The position numbers and the translations under genes are program-made. Shown here piece by piece: positions 27,511 through 37,449 of a DNA stretch of 64,000 nt; within the stretch, counting starts at the first letter, position 1; every line of letters starts with the position of its first letter. Source of the DNA: Podarcis tiliguerta (Eukaryota); the NCBI GenBank assembly GCA_965153285.1, contig OZ229111.1; one strand, written 5' to 3'. The notes under the pieces were generated by a model, which saw only the letters and a list, made by a program, of their open reading frames with translations, was not told the origin of the DNA and did no database searches.

Positions 27511-29349
27511 ATCATCAATATTTTTAAGTAAGTAGAATCTCATCTCCAACTAGAGTTCTAAAGCCAGTTCTAAAGCACATGTCTGCAACTGCATTTTGGC
27601 TGAAATCCTAAACATACATTTAACAAGGAGTAAACTCTACTGGACACAATAGAGTTTATTGGCATAGGATTGTACTGTAGATCATCCCCACTACTTGCTT
27701 CCTTTGTTTATCTTCCTCTCCCCACCCGCTTCCCTGTGTTGCCTTCTCCACTATCAAAATTCGGCAGATTGTCGCTGTGATGCAGTGGTTAGAGCAGCCC
27801 TCCCCAACCTGGTGCCCACCAAAGGTTTTTGGACTGTAAATCCCCATCACTCCTGACTACTGGCTGTGCTGGCTAGCACTAATGGGAGTTGGGAGTCAAA
27901 CAACATCTGGAGAGAACAAAGTTGGAGCTCAGAGACCAGGTTCAAATTCTTTCTCAGTAGCTGATTGAGTGGCCTCTGCCAAGTCCATCTCTCTCTCTCT
28001 GCCTGCCTAGCCTAACTCACAGTTACATTGTGGTGATAAAAATGGGGAACCCTGTACACCACCTTAAGCTCCTTTGGAGAAAAGTGGGATATAAATGCAA
28101 TAAAATAAAAGGTCAGATTGTTATGACATTCTAAAGCAAAGCCTATACTAGTGACAATTGTTGCTGAGAACAGTATAAATAAACGAAAACTATCACAGTA
28201 TCATAGTTTTTTTATCTCAAAAGGGCAGGGGAGGGATCATTACATCATTAGAAGTAGGTATAGTTAAAGATTGCTGCACCAGTTTGTACAGTATAAGAGG
28301 ATATGGAATTAAAAGACCTGCATTTTCTACTCATGTTTCATCCTATGCTACCATTCACTCCTTGTTCTCCTCTGCATCCTCCTGGCTGCCTCCTACTTAA
28401 CTCCCTTTTTCATTATTCTCAGAAACAATCAGGTTCCCATATGTGAAGCACAACCTTCCATCTCTGCTGTCTCTATTTGCACAGTCTCATCCCTCCGGCT
28501 CCTAATATGTTTATGTGTATGTGTGTGTGTTGTGAATGAATTAAACATTGGCATAGATTCTTTAACAGAGTTGCCAGTCAACTCTTTGGGTAGAGACTGT
28601 GTTCCCTCGCAATCTATAATGCACGAAATATTTGTGTTAAGGATTCAGCACAGAACAGGCAGGATATTAAAAGTGGGAGAACAGACCCCTGCAAGAAGGG
28701 GAGGTGTTTGCTATTCAGCAGGCATACCCCAGTTTAGGGGAAATGACAAGCTGCAGCACCCAACCTGCCAGTCACCAGCCCCAACGGATACACACTCCAA
28801 ACAGAATCTGACAGGTCTGACACATTGCAGCCAGGTTCCCACAGCCTTACAATGCCTGTAAAGCATAGCGGGCACAAAAGCAGGGAGTACCAGAGGTCTT
28901 CTTGCCTGGGGTAGATCGAAATCTGAGCAAACTTCTCACACACCCTACAGATGCACTTCTAGGCTGCTGAACACAAATCTGGCAGGAAAGCCACTACTTT
29001 CCTTTCTGAGAAAGAAGAAACCCATGTAGATTTCTCTGCCAGGAGAGCAGCTGCTCTCCAGATCCCCTCCAGCAGTTTAAATTTCCAAGCAAACCATTAA
29101 AAGCAAACGCCAAGGGAGACATAAGCTTGCCCATCCCACGATGGGACCCGTCCAGAGCACTGGCCAGAGATTTAAAGTGACGGGCTGGTCAACATGCACA
29201 ATCCTGCCTTTGTAATGTCAACGCTGGTGAAAGAAAAGAAAGAGCCAGGCGGCAAGAACTTCCTGCCTGGCTTGCTAGGAAGTTGCAGTGTGTGCACAGA
29301 CAGACCATTCCAGCTACAACATGCACTCACAGTGGATCCAGGAGGGAAT

Positions 29350-30850
29350 GGAAGAGACCGAACAGAAGCGGCTGCGGGGAAGCGACCCCATCGCCTCTCT
29401 GCTAGCTAGGGAGCTGCAGCCAACGCCCGCCCCCCCCCCCCAAAAAAAACACACACGCAGAGGGTAGATGCCCGTGCGAAATCCCAGCAAAGCAGCTGTA
29501 TCAAGGGCAGCAGATCTGTCCCAGCATGTGAGGAAAATGAACGGCTGTAGTCCCACAACATCTGGGGACCCAAGGTTGAGAAACACTGGGCTGGAGGATT
29601 TCAAGGCGCTCTCAGCAATTCTCCCCACCCGACCGCGGGTTACACTTACACACAAACAGACATGCCACGCTCACTCACATAGTGTTTGTTGGGAATTCGC
29701 CGCTTCTGCACGTCCAGCACCTTCACCTCCAAGATACTCTTCCGGGGCATAGCGCTGGTCCTCTGCAACCCGAACCCCAGAAGCAAGTAACAAAATAAAG
29801 CGGGAGGGGGGAGGGAAGGAGTGTAAATCTCGGAGACGGGTGGAGGGGAAGATAAGACGAAAGAAACCCCTCCTCCGGGAGGGTCGGCGCAGCCAACGCT
29901 CCTGGACCCAAAGCGCAGAAACTTTTAAACGCAGCGGTTGCAGAGATTGCGCTGCTAAGGGATAGGCGAGCCTGAGCCCCACAGCACCCTCGGCGCCTGC
30001 CTGTCCCCCCCCCTTTCCCCTTTCTTGCTTCTGCTTCCTCTTCCTCCTCCTCCTCCTCCCCCCCAGCTCTACCCCCTTCGCTCTTTCCCTGGCCAGAGTT
30101 TGCAGATGCAGGAGGGCTCCTCCCAGCCCATCCCTGCCAAAGCAGCCTATCCCACTCAGGCGCAGGCGGTGTGGTTATGGCGCTCTCTGATCCAGCCCCG
30201 CTCCCCGGGCTTCTTAAAGGGCCACGACCACCGTGTGGCTCGCCAGCGCTTTCAGGCCAAACACTCGGCTGCTCGCTCTCCGCGCCATGCCTTTCGCTTG
30301 TGCTGCTGAGAATGGGGGGGGGGGGCGGAGGGGGTGTGTGGAAGCAAAGGTGCAACTTTTCAGCTGTGGCCGGAACACCGGTGGGAAGTTGGAGCTGGTC
30401 GCCAAATCCACACGTTCCTGCCCACTGCCAGTAACACAACCAACCCGCGCACGATCCTTGCCTTTCTTTCACGTCACCAATAACCAAGAACAGCAAGGGG
30501 GGAAATAGAGGGACTAGATTAATATGAGGAGCGAGGCTTTTCCACACAATCCTAAGTACCATTTTAACCTCCATTTGACCCCCCGACTCGCCCGACTCTC
30601 TCTCTCTCTCTCTTTGTGAAGTGAAGGAAGAGAGCTCGAAAGCAGCCGAGGTCAAACGCAGGCGTCGCCTTTTTCTCAGAAGAGGAAAAGGCACCAATTA
30701 ATCCTCGTCTGAATCTGGAATTGCCACACTTTGAAACGCTCCTTGTCGCGACAGGAGGCGGCGCAATTGGTTTCCGATGGAGGCCGAAGGTCGCCTTTCG
30801 AGCGGTCGTCGCATAAAGCACTTTGAACTCCTTTTCCACAACTCTCCCTC
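29350..30850 (-). promoter_or_regulatory. CpG island / promoter and 5'UTR of SH3PXD2B
   Basis: High GC and CpG density relative to the rest of the window, centred on the first coding exon. A GC-box-like GGGGCGGAG sits near 30322-30330. Confidence 0.75.
29679..29750 (-). CDS. SH3PXD2B: SH3PXD2B (Tks4) first coding exon ([24 protein letters not shown])
   Basis: ATG at 29750, GTGAGT donor, 24 codons. Matches recalled SH3PXD2B N-terminus [25 protein letters not shown], not SH3PXD2A MLAYCVQDA. Lies in a CpG island. Missing from the ORF track because it is too short. Confidence 0.93.
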
Positions 30851-31399
30851 AGTCTTTCCTATGGAGTAAATATCCCCTTGCAAAACTTCGCCCCCTCTCC
30901 TGTCGTCTCTCTCCCCCCCCCCCGGCTTCAACTTTACACGCTTTACACGGGTGGGTCTTACACGCTTTCCACGGGTGGGTCTTGAGGGGTGGATTCAGCA
31001 ATCCCACCCGCCATTGTGCACTCACGTAGGGGATCGTGTTGGGATCTGTAGGGATGGAGTGCGTGAGGCCTTGGGAAATTAAAAAGCATGGCCCCGAAAC
31101 ATAAGCCAGCTCCCTCAGCTGCTGTGCAATACAAGAGGACAACGACTGGTTCCAACGCTGGATCTAGACGCATAAATTAAATAAATTTAAATTTAAAGCG
31201 GCATAAATTTAAAGGGGGGAAACAGGTAGAGAAAAAACGGAGCTCCGCGTCGCCATCTGGTGGCACAATGTTGTATCGCACATACAACGCATATAAATCG
31301 TTTTTTCTTTACCAGTCTAGCTGAGTCTTGGCTGTGGTGAACTGCTTGAGAGGTGGCATGTCTGTCTGCACCTTGGCCGGCAATTTTGGTCACAGTGAA

Positions 31400-32060
31400 T
31401 CTAGCAGCTATGCCATCAAGGTTGGGGGGGGGGGGATCTGTGAGGCTGTGGCAACAAGTGCTCAAATAACTGAAGATAATGAACCCGGAGCCTGACAAGA
31501 TTTTGATGAAGACTGAGAAGGCGATAAACTTCCTGCTTGAAGATATGAACTGTAAATGCATGCCTATTGATGGCTTCACTTTGTGACAGAAGGCTCTCAG
31601 CCTCTAGGTACTCTCCTAGCCTTTTGCTGAGGATGGGCAGCCTGGGAAGGCATTCAAAGCCAGCCCCAGTTGGCTTCAAAACTTTAAGATCCAGTTTGAC
31701 CTAGAAAATGTGCACACAACTGATGCTGCTGCACTTGCAGACAAAGAAGAGCAGCTAAGATCATGTACAGAAGACAAAGATGAGGATGATGGACAAGATA
31801 TGCCAGCAAGTTGGAATCTGCATCAGTTTGCTCTCCCAAGCACATGAAAACACATGAATGAATTGATTGCTGACTTTCATCCTTCTATTGAACAGAGCCT
31901 CAAAATCGCACACGGCTTTACAGCCACTTTGAGACCTTATCCAGAAATGCTCCAGCTGTGAGACAACGGTGGCAGTTGCCAATCACCATGTTTCTCAGAA
32001 CAAAAACAACCAGCAGCAAATCAGTTCACACAATCAACTTCTGAAGCTTAACCAAGGCTA
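31400..32060 (+). mobile_element. Tigger/pogo (TIGD-like) transposase remnant with internal deletion
   Basis: Reads KTEKAINFLLEDMNCKCMPIDGFTL*QKALSL...AFKASPSWLQNF (CENP-B-type HTH of Tigger). It joins a C-terminal piece ...HPSIEQSLKIAHGFTATLRPYPEM; the DDE core is absent. Confidence 0.65.
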
Positions 32061-32255
32061 ACCATGTCATCTGCAAATCTCTATCAGTTTCCAAAGCCTG
32101 TCCAATCATCTCCTCGAGAAATACCATGCTTGGAATAATAATGTTGTACCCGTCCATCTGGCTGGGTTTCCCCAGCCACTCTGGGTGGCTTCCAACAAAA
32201 TATTAAAATACAATAGTCTATTAAACATTAAAAGCTTCCCTAAACTAAGCAACAC

Positions 32256-32507
32256 AGAAGAGGAAGAGGAGGAGGAGTTTGGATTTGATATCCCACTTTA
32301 TCACTACCCGAAGGAGTCTCAAAGCGGCCAACATTCTCCTTTCCCTTCCTCCCCCACAACAAACACTCTGTGAGGTGAGTGGGGCTGAGAGACTTCAGAG
32401 AAGTGTGACTAGCGCAAGGTCACCCAGCAGCTGCATGTGGAGGAGCAGAGACGCAAACCCGGTCCCCCAGATTACGAGTCCACCACTCTTAACCACTATA
32501 CCACACA
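32256..32507 (-). mobile_element. Squam3B-like SINE
   Basis: Same family as 10359-10626. Confidence 0.8.
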
Positions 32508-32749
32508 GTTGTCATGCACCAGTTTTTGTGTGGCATTTTCTGTTTTTCAGAGGGTTGTTTTGACTACACACAATTTTTGCTTTATGCCTGGAACGAAATC
32601 CCCACATAAATTGCAGGTTATCTGTACCCTCCACTGAGGGACTTGCCTGTGACACAAAGGATGGCAACTAAAAATGTCCCTAGTCCCCACCCCTTGAAGC
32701 CTGCAACAAATAATAGGAGTCTGGATCTACGTGGTTCCTTCATATATTA

Positions 32750-35021
32750 CACTGGTCAACAACAAATTTTTTGTCTGCGTTTTTTCAGTTGATTTAGGAT
32801 GAATCTGATGCGCTGAATCCAAAAATCACATTGGTTTTGCTCAATCAGGTCAAGTTTTTGAGCTATGGCCACATGTCTTTTTTTACGTTTTTGTTCACAT
32901 CTATGCTTGTGTGGAGCATTTTAGAAGAAGTTGGTGGGGGTAAAATGCCATGTCGAATAATTGTTTTGATTGGAAATGATTATTTTAATGACAAGGAGTA
33001 TTCAGGTCCGATAGTTCTGGGTGATTATGTCGAAAAGGGATCAGTTTGAAGTCATAAAACCTCGTAATCTTCCATAAATTGGTGCACAAGTTTCGTAAGG
33101 TGTGCTTACCATGCTTATTTTGGTATTAAACTTGGTGACCAGGATAAAGCTTGGGCGCCACACATGGTGTGCAAGGCCTGCACCGAGACTCTACGTGGGT
33201 GGACCAATGGCAAGAGGAGTCTGAATTTTGGAATTCCCATGGTTTGGAGGGAGCCGACAAACCATGTCACTGACTGCTACTCCTGCGCTGTTGAAGTGAC
33301 TGGGATCAACAGAAAGAACCGGAGCAGCCTCAAGTATCCTGATCTTCAATCAGCACGTCGTCCTTTAGCTCATTGTGATGAAATTCCAGTGCCTATCTTC
33401 GAAGAACTTCCTGACATTAGTGATGAAGATGCCTCTAGTGTTGAAGGACATGAAGAAGAAGAAGTGGTTCTTGAAGGTGATGCTCCACATCCATTTTCCC
33501 AAAAGGAGTTGAATGATCTAGTTCGCGACCTCAGCTTGTCAAAGGACTCTGCCGAACTGTTGGCATCCAGATTGAAGGAAAAAAACCTCCTCTCTGACAG
33601 TGCTCACATCAGCTTCTTCCGCAACAGGCATCAAGAGTACCTCCGTTTTTTCTCGGAAGAGAAGGACTTGGTGTACTGTGCAGATATTGCGCAGCTTCTG
33701 CTCAAGCTTGGAGTGCCACAGTACGAACCCAAAGATTGGAGACTGTTCATTGACAGCAGCAAGTGATCACTGAAATGTGTTCTGCTACACAACGGCAACC
33801 AGTTTGCCTCTATACCCCTGGCTCACTTGAGTACACTGAAGGATAACTATGAAGTGGTGAAGTATGTGCTGGAGAAAATTGGTTATGATCAGCATAAGTG
33901 GTTTATTTGTGTTGATCTGAAGATGGTGAACTTTTTGTTGGGACAACAGTCTGGCTTCACCAAGTACCCATGTTTTCTGTGCATGTGGGATAGTAGGGAC
34001 TGTGCTCAGCATTAAACGAAGGACTGGCCTGTGCGGGAGGAATTGGTGCCTTGCAGAAAAAGGAACGTCATCAGCGACCCTCTGGTGGACAGAGACAGAA
34101 TACTCTTCCCACCACTGCACATCAAGCTCGGCTTAATCAAGCAGTTCACCAAGGCTCTGGGACAAGGATGGTGACTGCTTCACTTACTTGTGCCAGGCTT
34201 TTCCAGGATTGACCATGGAGAAGTTGAAAGCTGGCATCTTTGACGGTCCTCAGATCCATCAGCTCATCAGAGATCCAGAGTTCGGAAACTCAATGAACGA
34301 AGTGGAACTGGAAGCGTGGAAGGCATTTGTTCTGGTAGTGAAGAACTTTCTTGGCAACAATAAGGCCAGAAACTACGCAGAACTTGTCAACAACATGCTG
34401 ACTGCTTTCAGAAACCTGGGCTGCAACAAGAGCGTCAAGATGCACTATCTATTTTCACATATGGACCGGTTTCCTGAGAACCTGGGTTCAATGAGTGACG
34501 AGCAGGGGGAGAGATTCCATCAGGACATGAAAGAGATGGAGACCAGGTATCAGGGTTGCTGGGACACAGTCATGATGATTGACTACTGTTGGACTCTGAA
34601 GAGAGACCTCCCTGCCGCTAAGCATTCCAGGAGTTCCAAGAAACGGAAGTTCAAGCCATGAAGTTTGAAAAATGGTGAAGCAACATGCAATTTACATGTA
34701 CTTACCTTTATCAATGCCCACCATTCAGTTTACAGTAATCAATGTTTCTATCAGGTAATCAATATATGTTGTTGGAAAAACATTTTTTTCTCTTAAAAAC
34801 ATATTTAGGATGATATGTGTTGACAAAAATCAGCTGATAATGCCACAAAAATGTAATCGATTTTGTCACAAGATCTGATTTTTTTCAAATCAACGTAGCA
34901 CAAAAACCTGACCTGATGGAAAGAAACAGATGCCATTTCCAGATTCAGCAGTGCAAAAATACTCTAAATCATTTGTAGAAATCTATACAACATTCAAAAA
35001 GTAAAAAATTGTTGCCCAGTG
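32750..35021 (+). mobile_element. Chapaev3-type (CMC superfamily) DNA transposon, full length with defective transposase
   Basis: Termini CACTGGTCAACAA / TTGTTGCCCAGTG, imperfect subterminal inverted repeats and a 3-bp TTA TSD. Protein motifs: YFGIKLGDQDKAWAPHMVC, FGIPMVWREPTNHVTDCYSC, WRLFIDSSK, VDLKMVNFLLGQQSGFTKYPCFLCMWDSR, PPLHIKLGL, KLKAGIFDGPQI, SDEQGERFHQD. Confidence 0.9.
33100..34661 (+). pseudogene. Chapaev transposase pseudogene
   Basis: ORF pieces 33164-33766, 33827-34015 and 34188-34661 form one colinear transposase, broken by TGA 33764-33766, TAA 34013-34015 and frameshifts near 34020 and 34160. Confidence 0.88.
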
Positions 35022-35796
35022 TTATAGATTAACAGTGTTCACTCAGCTTCACATAGTGTATGAGGCAGCTGTTTGTATCTTTCATGCAAGTTGTAAACTC
35101 ACTAGGGACGTGCTGCTTCACCACAGGCCAAATGAAGTAATATACAGGGCCATGGAGGGGTGATTGGCCGCCCCCGGAATATTCCAGGACCTCCGTCTGA
35201 ACAGTCTGTTTCCATTAAAAGGTCTGTGGGCCTGTGACTTTAAAAATTCAGTATTAAGTACAGCTGAAACCAAATAGGGTGGGTCCTGGAAAAAAATGCA
35301 CCTCAGGTGTCAAAAGGCTAGGATAAAGAAGTGCATCTTTAGCATTCCCTGAAAGCTGTCCAGTGAAGGTCGCAGACACACCCCTGTAGGGAGGAGTGCT
35401 GTGGGAATGCTTAGTTACATTTTAAAGGGGATTCAGATTTAGTGCTGGCACATCACTGACTTTCAGATTAATTGGATTCTCTTATAAACATCTCATCTGT
35501 GTCCTTGGCAGCAACTGAAACACATCCCCCTTTCTTCAGCAGCAACAGCGCTCAGCGCAAAACAGTATAATTTAATATACAGCAAGGCATATCTCTATAA
35601 CCTCTTTAGTTGCAGAGACTTAGTTCTGTTAGCATCCATTGGCACCGAGTAGTGTAATGGCTACTACCTCTCTAGAGTTGCTTTTATACCAGTTGGGGCC
35701 CTTGGAAGGACTTGTGATCCAAGTGGGATCACATTTGCAAATTACATTCCTCCAAAGGGTCTGGTACCACTTGTATGGCATGTTATAAAGTGTTAG

Positions 35797-36424
35797 TGAA
35801 GCCTTATTTACCTAGGGATCCATTAGCCACGCCATCCCCTGGACCTCGGAGGGAACAAAAGTACCAGGAAAGCAAAATCTTCTTTGGAGAAAAAGAGTTT
35901 ATTGAGATCTGAGCACAGAGTCAAGGTCTGTACTCAGAGACAGCCTGCTGGTTAGTTCCTAGAAATACACTGGCTGTAAAGCAAGACACTTCAGCAGACT
36001 TTCTTATACCCCCAGACTTCCCCAATCGGCTAGCAAATATTGCTTGCTTAACACATTTTATTGCTTGCTAAATATTCCTGTCTTTCTGCTAAGCCAAGCA
36101 CTCCCTTCGTATCTCTTCTTATTCTTGCATTACTTAAAGCAGAAGCAAAGCAGGAAACATCTTGCTAGTGGTTTTTAGTTGACAGCAGTTTTTGGCTAGG
36201 CAGGAAACGACCTTCTGACCTGTAACTAGCATCAGCAGTTTCAGATAGCTGGTTAGACAGGAAACGGCCTCCTGACCTGTCTGATTTAGACTTTGCAAAT
36301 AACTGCATTTTTGGGTTTGAGCTTGTGTAACCATCCTAGCAGAGTGCCGGAATTTACTATGTGTAGATAATATTTGAGAGCAACAGAATAAAATATTGAG
36401 AGAAACCTTTCCCATCTCCCTTTA
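35797..36424 (-). repeat. 3' LTR (TATA box TATAAGA 36002-36008, CCAAT 36022-36026, poly(A) signal AATAAA 35898-35903)
   Basis: Second LTR copy, preceded on the minus strand by a purine tract. Confidence 0.96.
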
Positions 36425-36441
36425 CTCCGTCCTCTTCTTTT
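36425..36441 (-). promoter_or_regulatory. Polypurine tract (AAAAGAAGAGGACGGAG)
   Basis: Purine run abutting the 3' LTR. Confidence 0.85.
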
Positions 36442-36528
36442 GAACAATCTATTACTTAGATTCGTTCTGGGGTAGGGGTCTATATTCTCTCATTACAGCA
36501 ATCACGCGAGGTCCCATCATGCGAGACA

Positions 36529-36753
36529 TCATCTTTTTTCATCATATGTTGCAGGCATTGCATTAAGCAGGGTATACAGAAGCAGAAAAGCAATAGAAGC
36601 ATTATTGGGCCTATTCTCCCCACAAATACGATACCGTTCATGCCAACAGAAATACGAGAGCATCCATATGACAAGGGCGGTACATATCACTCCTACCCAC
36701 CAAACCCAATATCTCCATGGTTCCTCCCACCAATATTCAGGGGGTGTGCTCAT
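36529..36753 (-). CDS. Small candidate membrane-protein ORF (MSTPPEYWWEEPWRYWVWWVGVICTALVIWMLSYFCWHERYR...), overlapping an Env TM/cytoplasmic-tail remnant in another frame
   Basis: Trp-rich segment and a ~20-aa hydrophobic stretch. The overlapping frame (36480-36640) reads GPIMLLLLFCFCIPCLMQCLQHMMKK, resembling a gamma-like Env membrane anchor. Confidence 0.35.
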   Translation of the reverse strand: MSTPPEYWWEEPWRYWVWWVGVICTALVIWMLSYFCWHERYRICGENRPNNASIAFLLLYTLLNAMPATYDEKR

Positions 36754-36798
36754 TGTTGAAGAGCCCACTGATATTTGTGCCCGACTACCTGTTGAGCC

Positions 36799-37350
36799 TC
36801 AAGGATGAGAGCCCACCGGTGAGCTGATGCTCCCACTATGTGGGTCAATTTTTCTATTAGCCCTGTTGGGTGGATTGAACTCTCGTGCTGCCTCCCTAGT
36901 GACCAGAGCATATGGAAGCTGAAATCCTGGGGTGGCAATTCTTACTGGCACTTGTTTAGTAATTTCAATGCACACCTGGCTCAGGCTCCCATCTATCACC
37001 TGGGTTAAGAGTAGGACCTGGTCTATCAAATGAGGTTGGTACAGTGCTCTACCTTCCAGATAACAGTTGACTACCCTCCCACAACAGCAAGAGCGGTACA
37101 GAACTAGATAGATTTCGATCGTCTCTACAGCTTCCCGTAAGAGCACTGTCCACGCATGCTGGTCAGTGGTGTGGGAGAGGAGCCACAACGGGGCAGTGGG
37201 GTGTCTCAATACGGTAATCTCATCAAACCCCAGTTTCCAATAGCCAAGGAGCACGCCATCTCTTACCACCGGCAAGACGAACCAGTCGTAGCAGAGGCCA
37301 GCAGGCCAATAGGGTTGGTATGGTTCGGTAGGGTCAGGGCAATAAGACAT
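36799..37350 (-). CDS. Intact 183-aa ORF of unknown function in the env position of the provirus (MSYCPDPTEPYQPYWPAGLCYDWFV...)
   Basis: Open frame from ATG 37350. It is the first ATG after a strong splice acceptor at 37685-37687. No Env hallmarks recognised (CWLC, furin site, ISD, CX6CC). Confidence 0.5.
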   Translation of the reverse strand: MSYCPDPTEPYQPYWPAGLCYDWFVLPVVRDGVLLGYWKLGFDEITVLRHPTAPLWLLSHTTDQHAWTVLLREAVETIEIYLVLYRSCCCGRVVNCYLEGRALYQPHLIDQVLLLTQVIDGSLSQVCIEITKQVPVRIATPGFQLPYALVTREAAREFNPPNRANRKIDPHSGSISSPVGSHP

Positions 37351-37449
37351 AGAGCAAGTCAATAAAGAAAATAAGAGAGAAAAGAGAAAGTCTTTGTAAC
37401 TGTCCTTGTGATGATTAGTCGCAGGATCTCGTTGCCCGTGGCCTAACGC

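Noticed and set aside
29723-30697. 324-aa minus-strand ORF over the CpG island
   Set aside because: Low-complexity GC-rich promoter/5'UTR sequence (poly-P, poly-E from repeats). The real coding start (29750) is in a different frame.
36134-36415. 93-aa ORF present twice (also 41752-42033)
   Set aside because: Lies in LTR U3 and is duplicated only because the LTR is; no recognisable motif and no evidence of expression.
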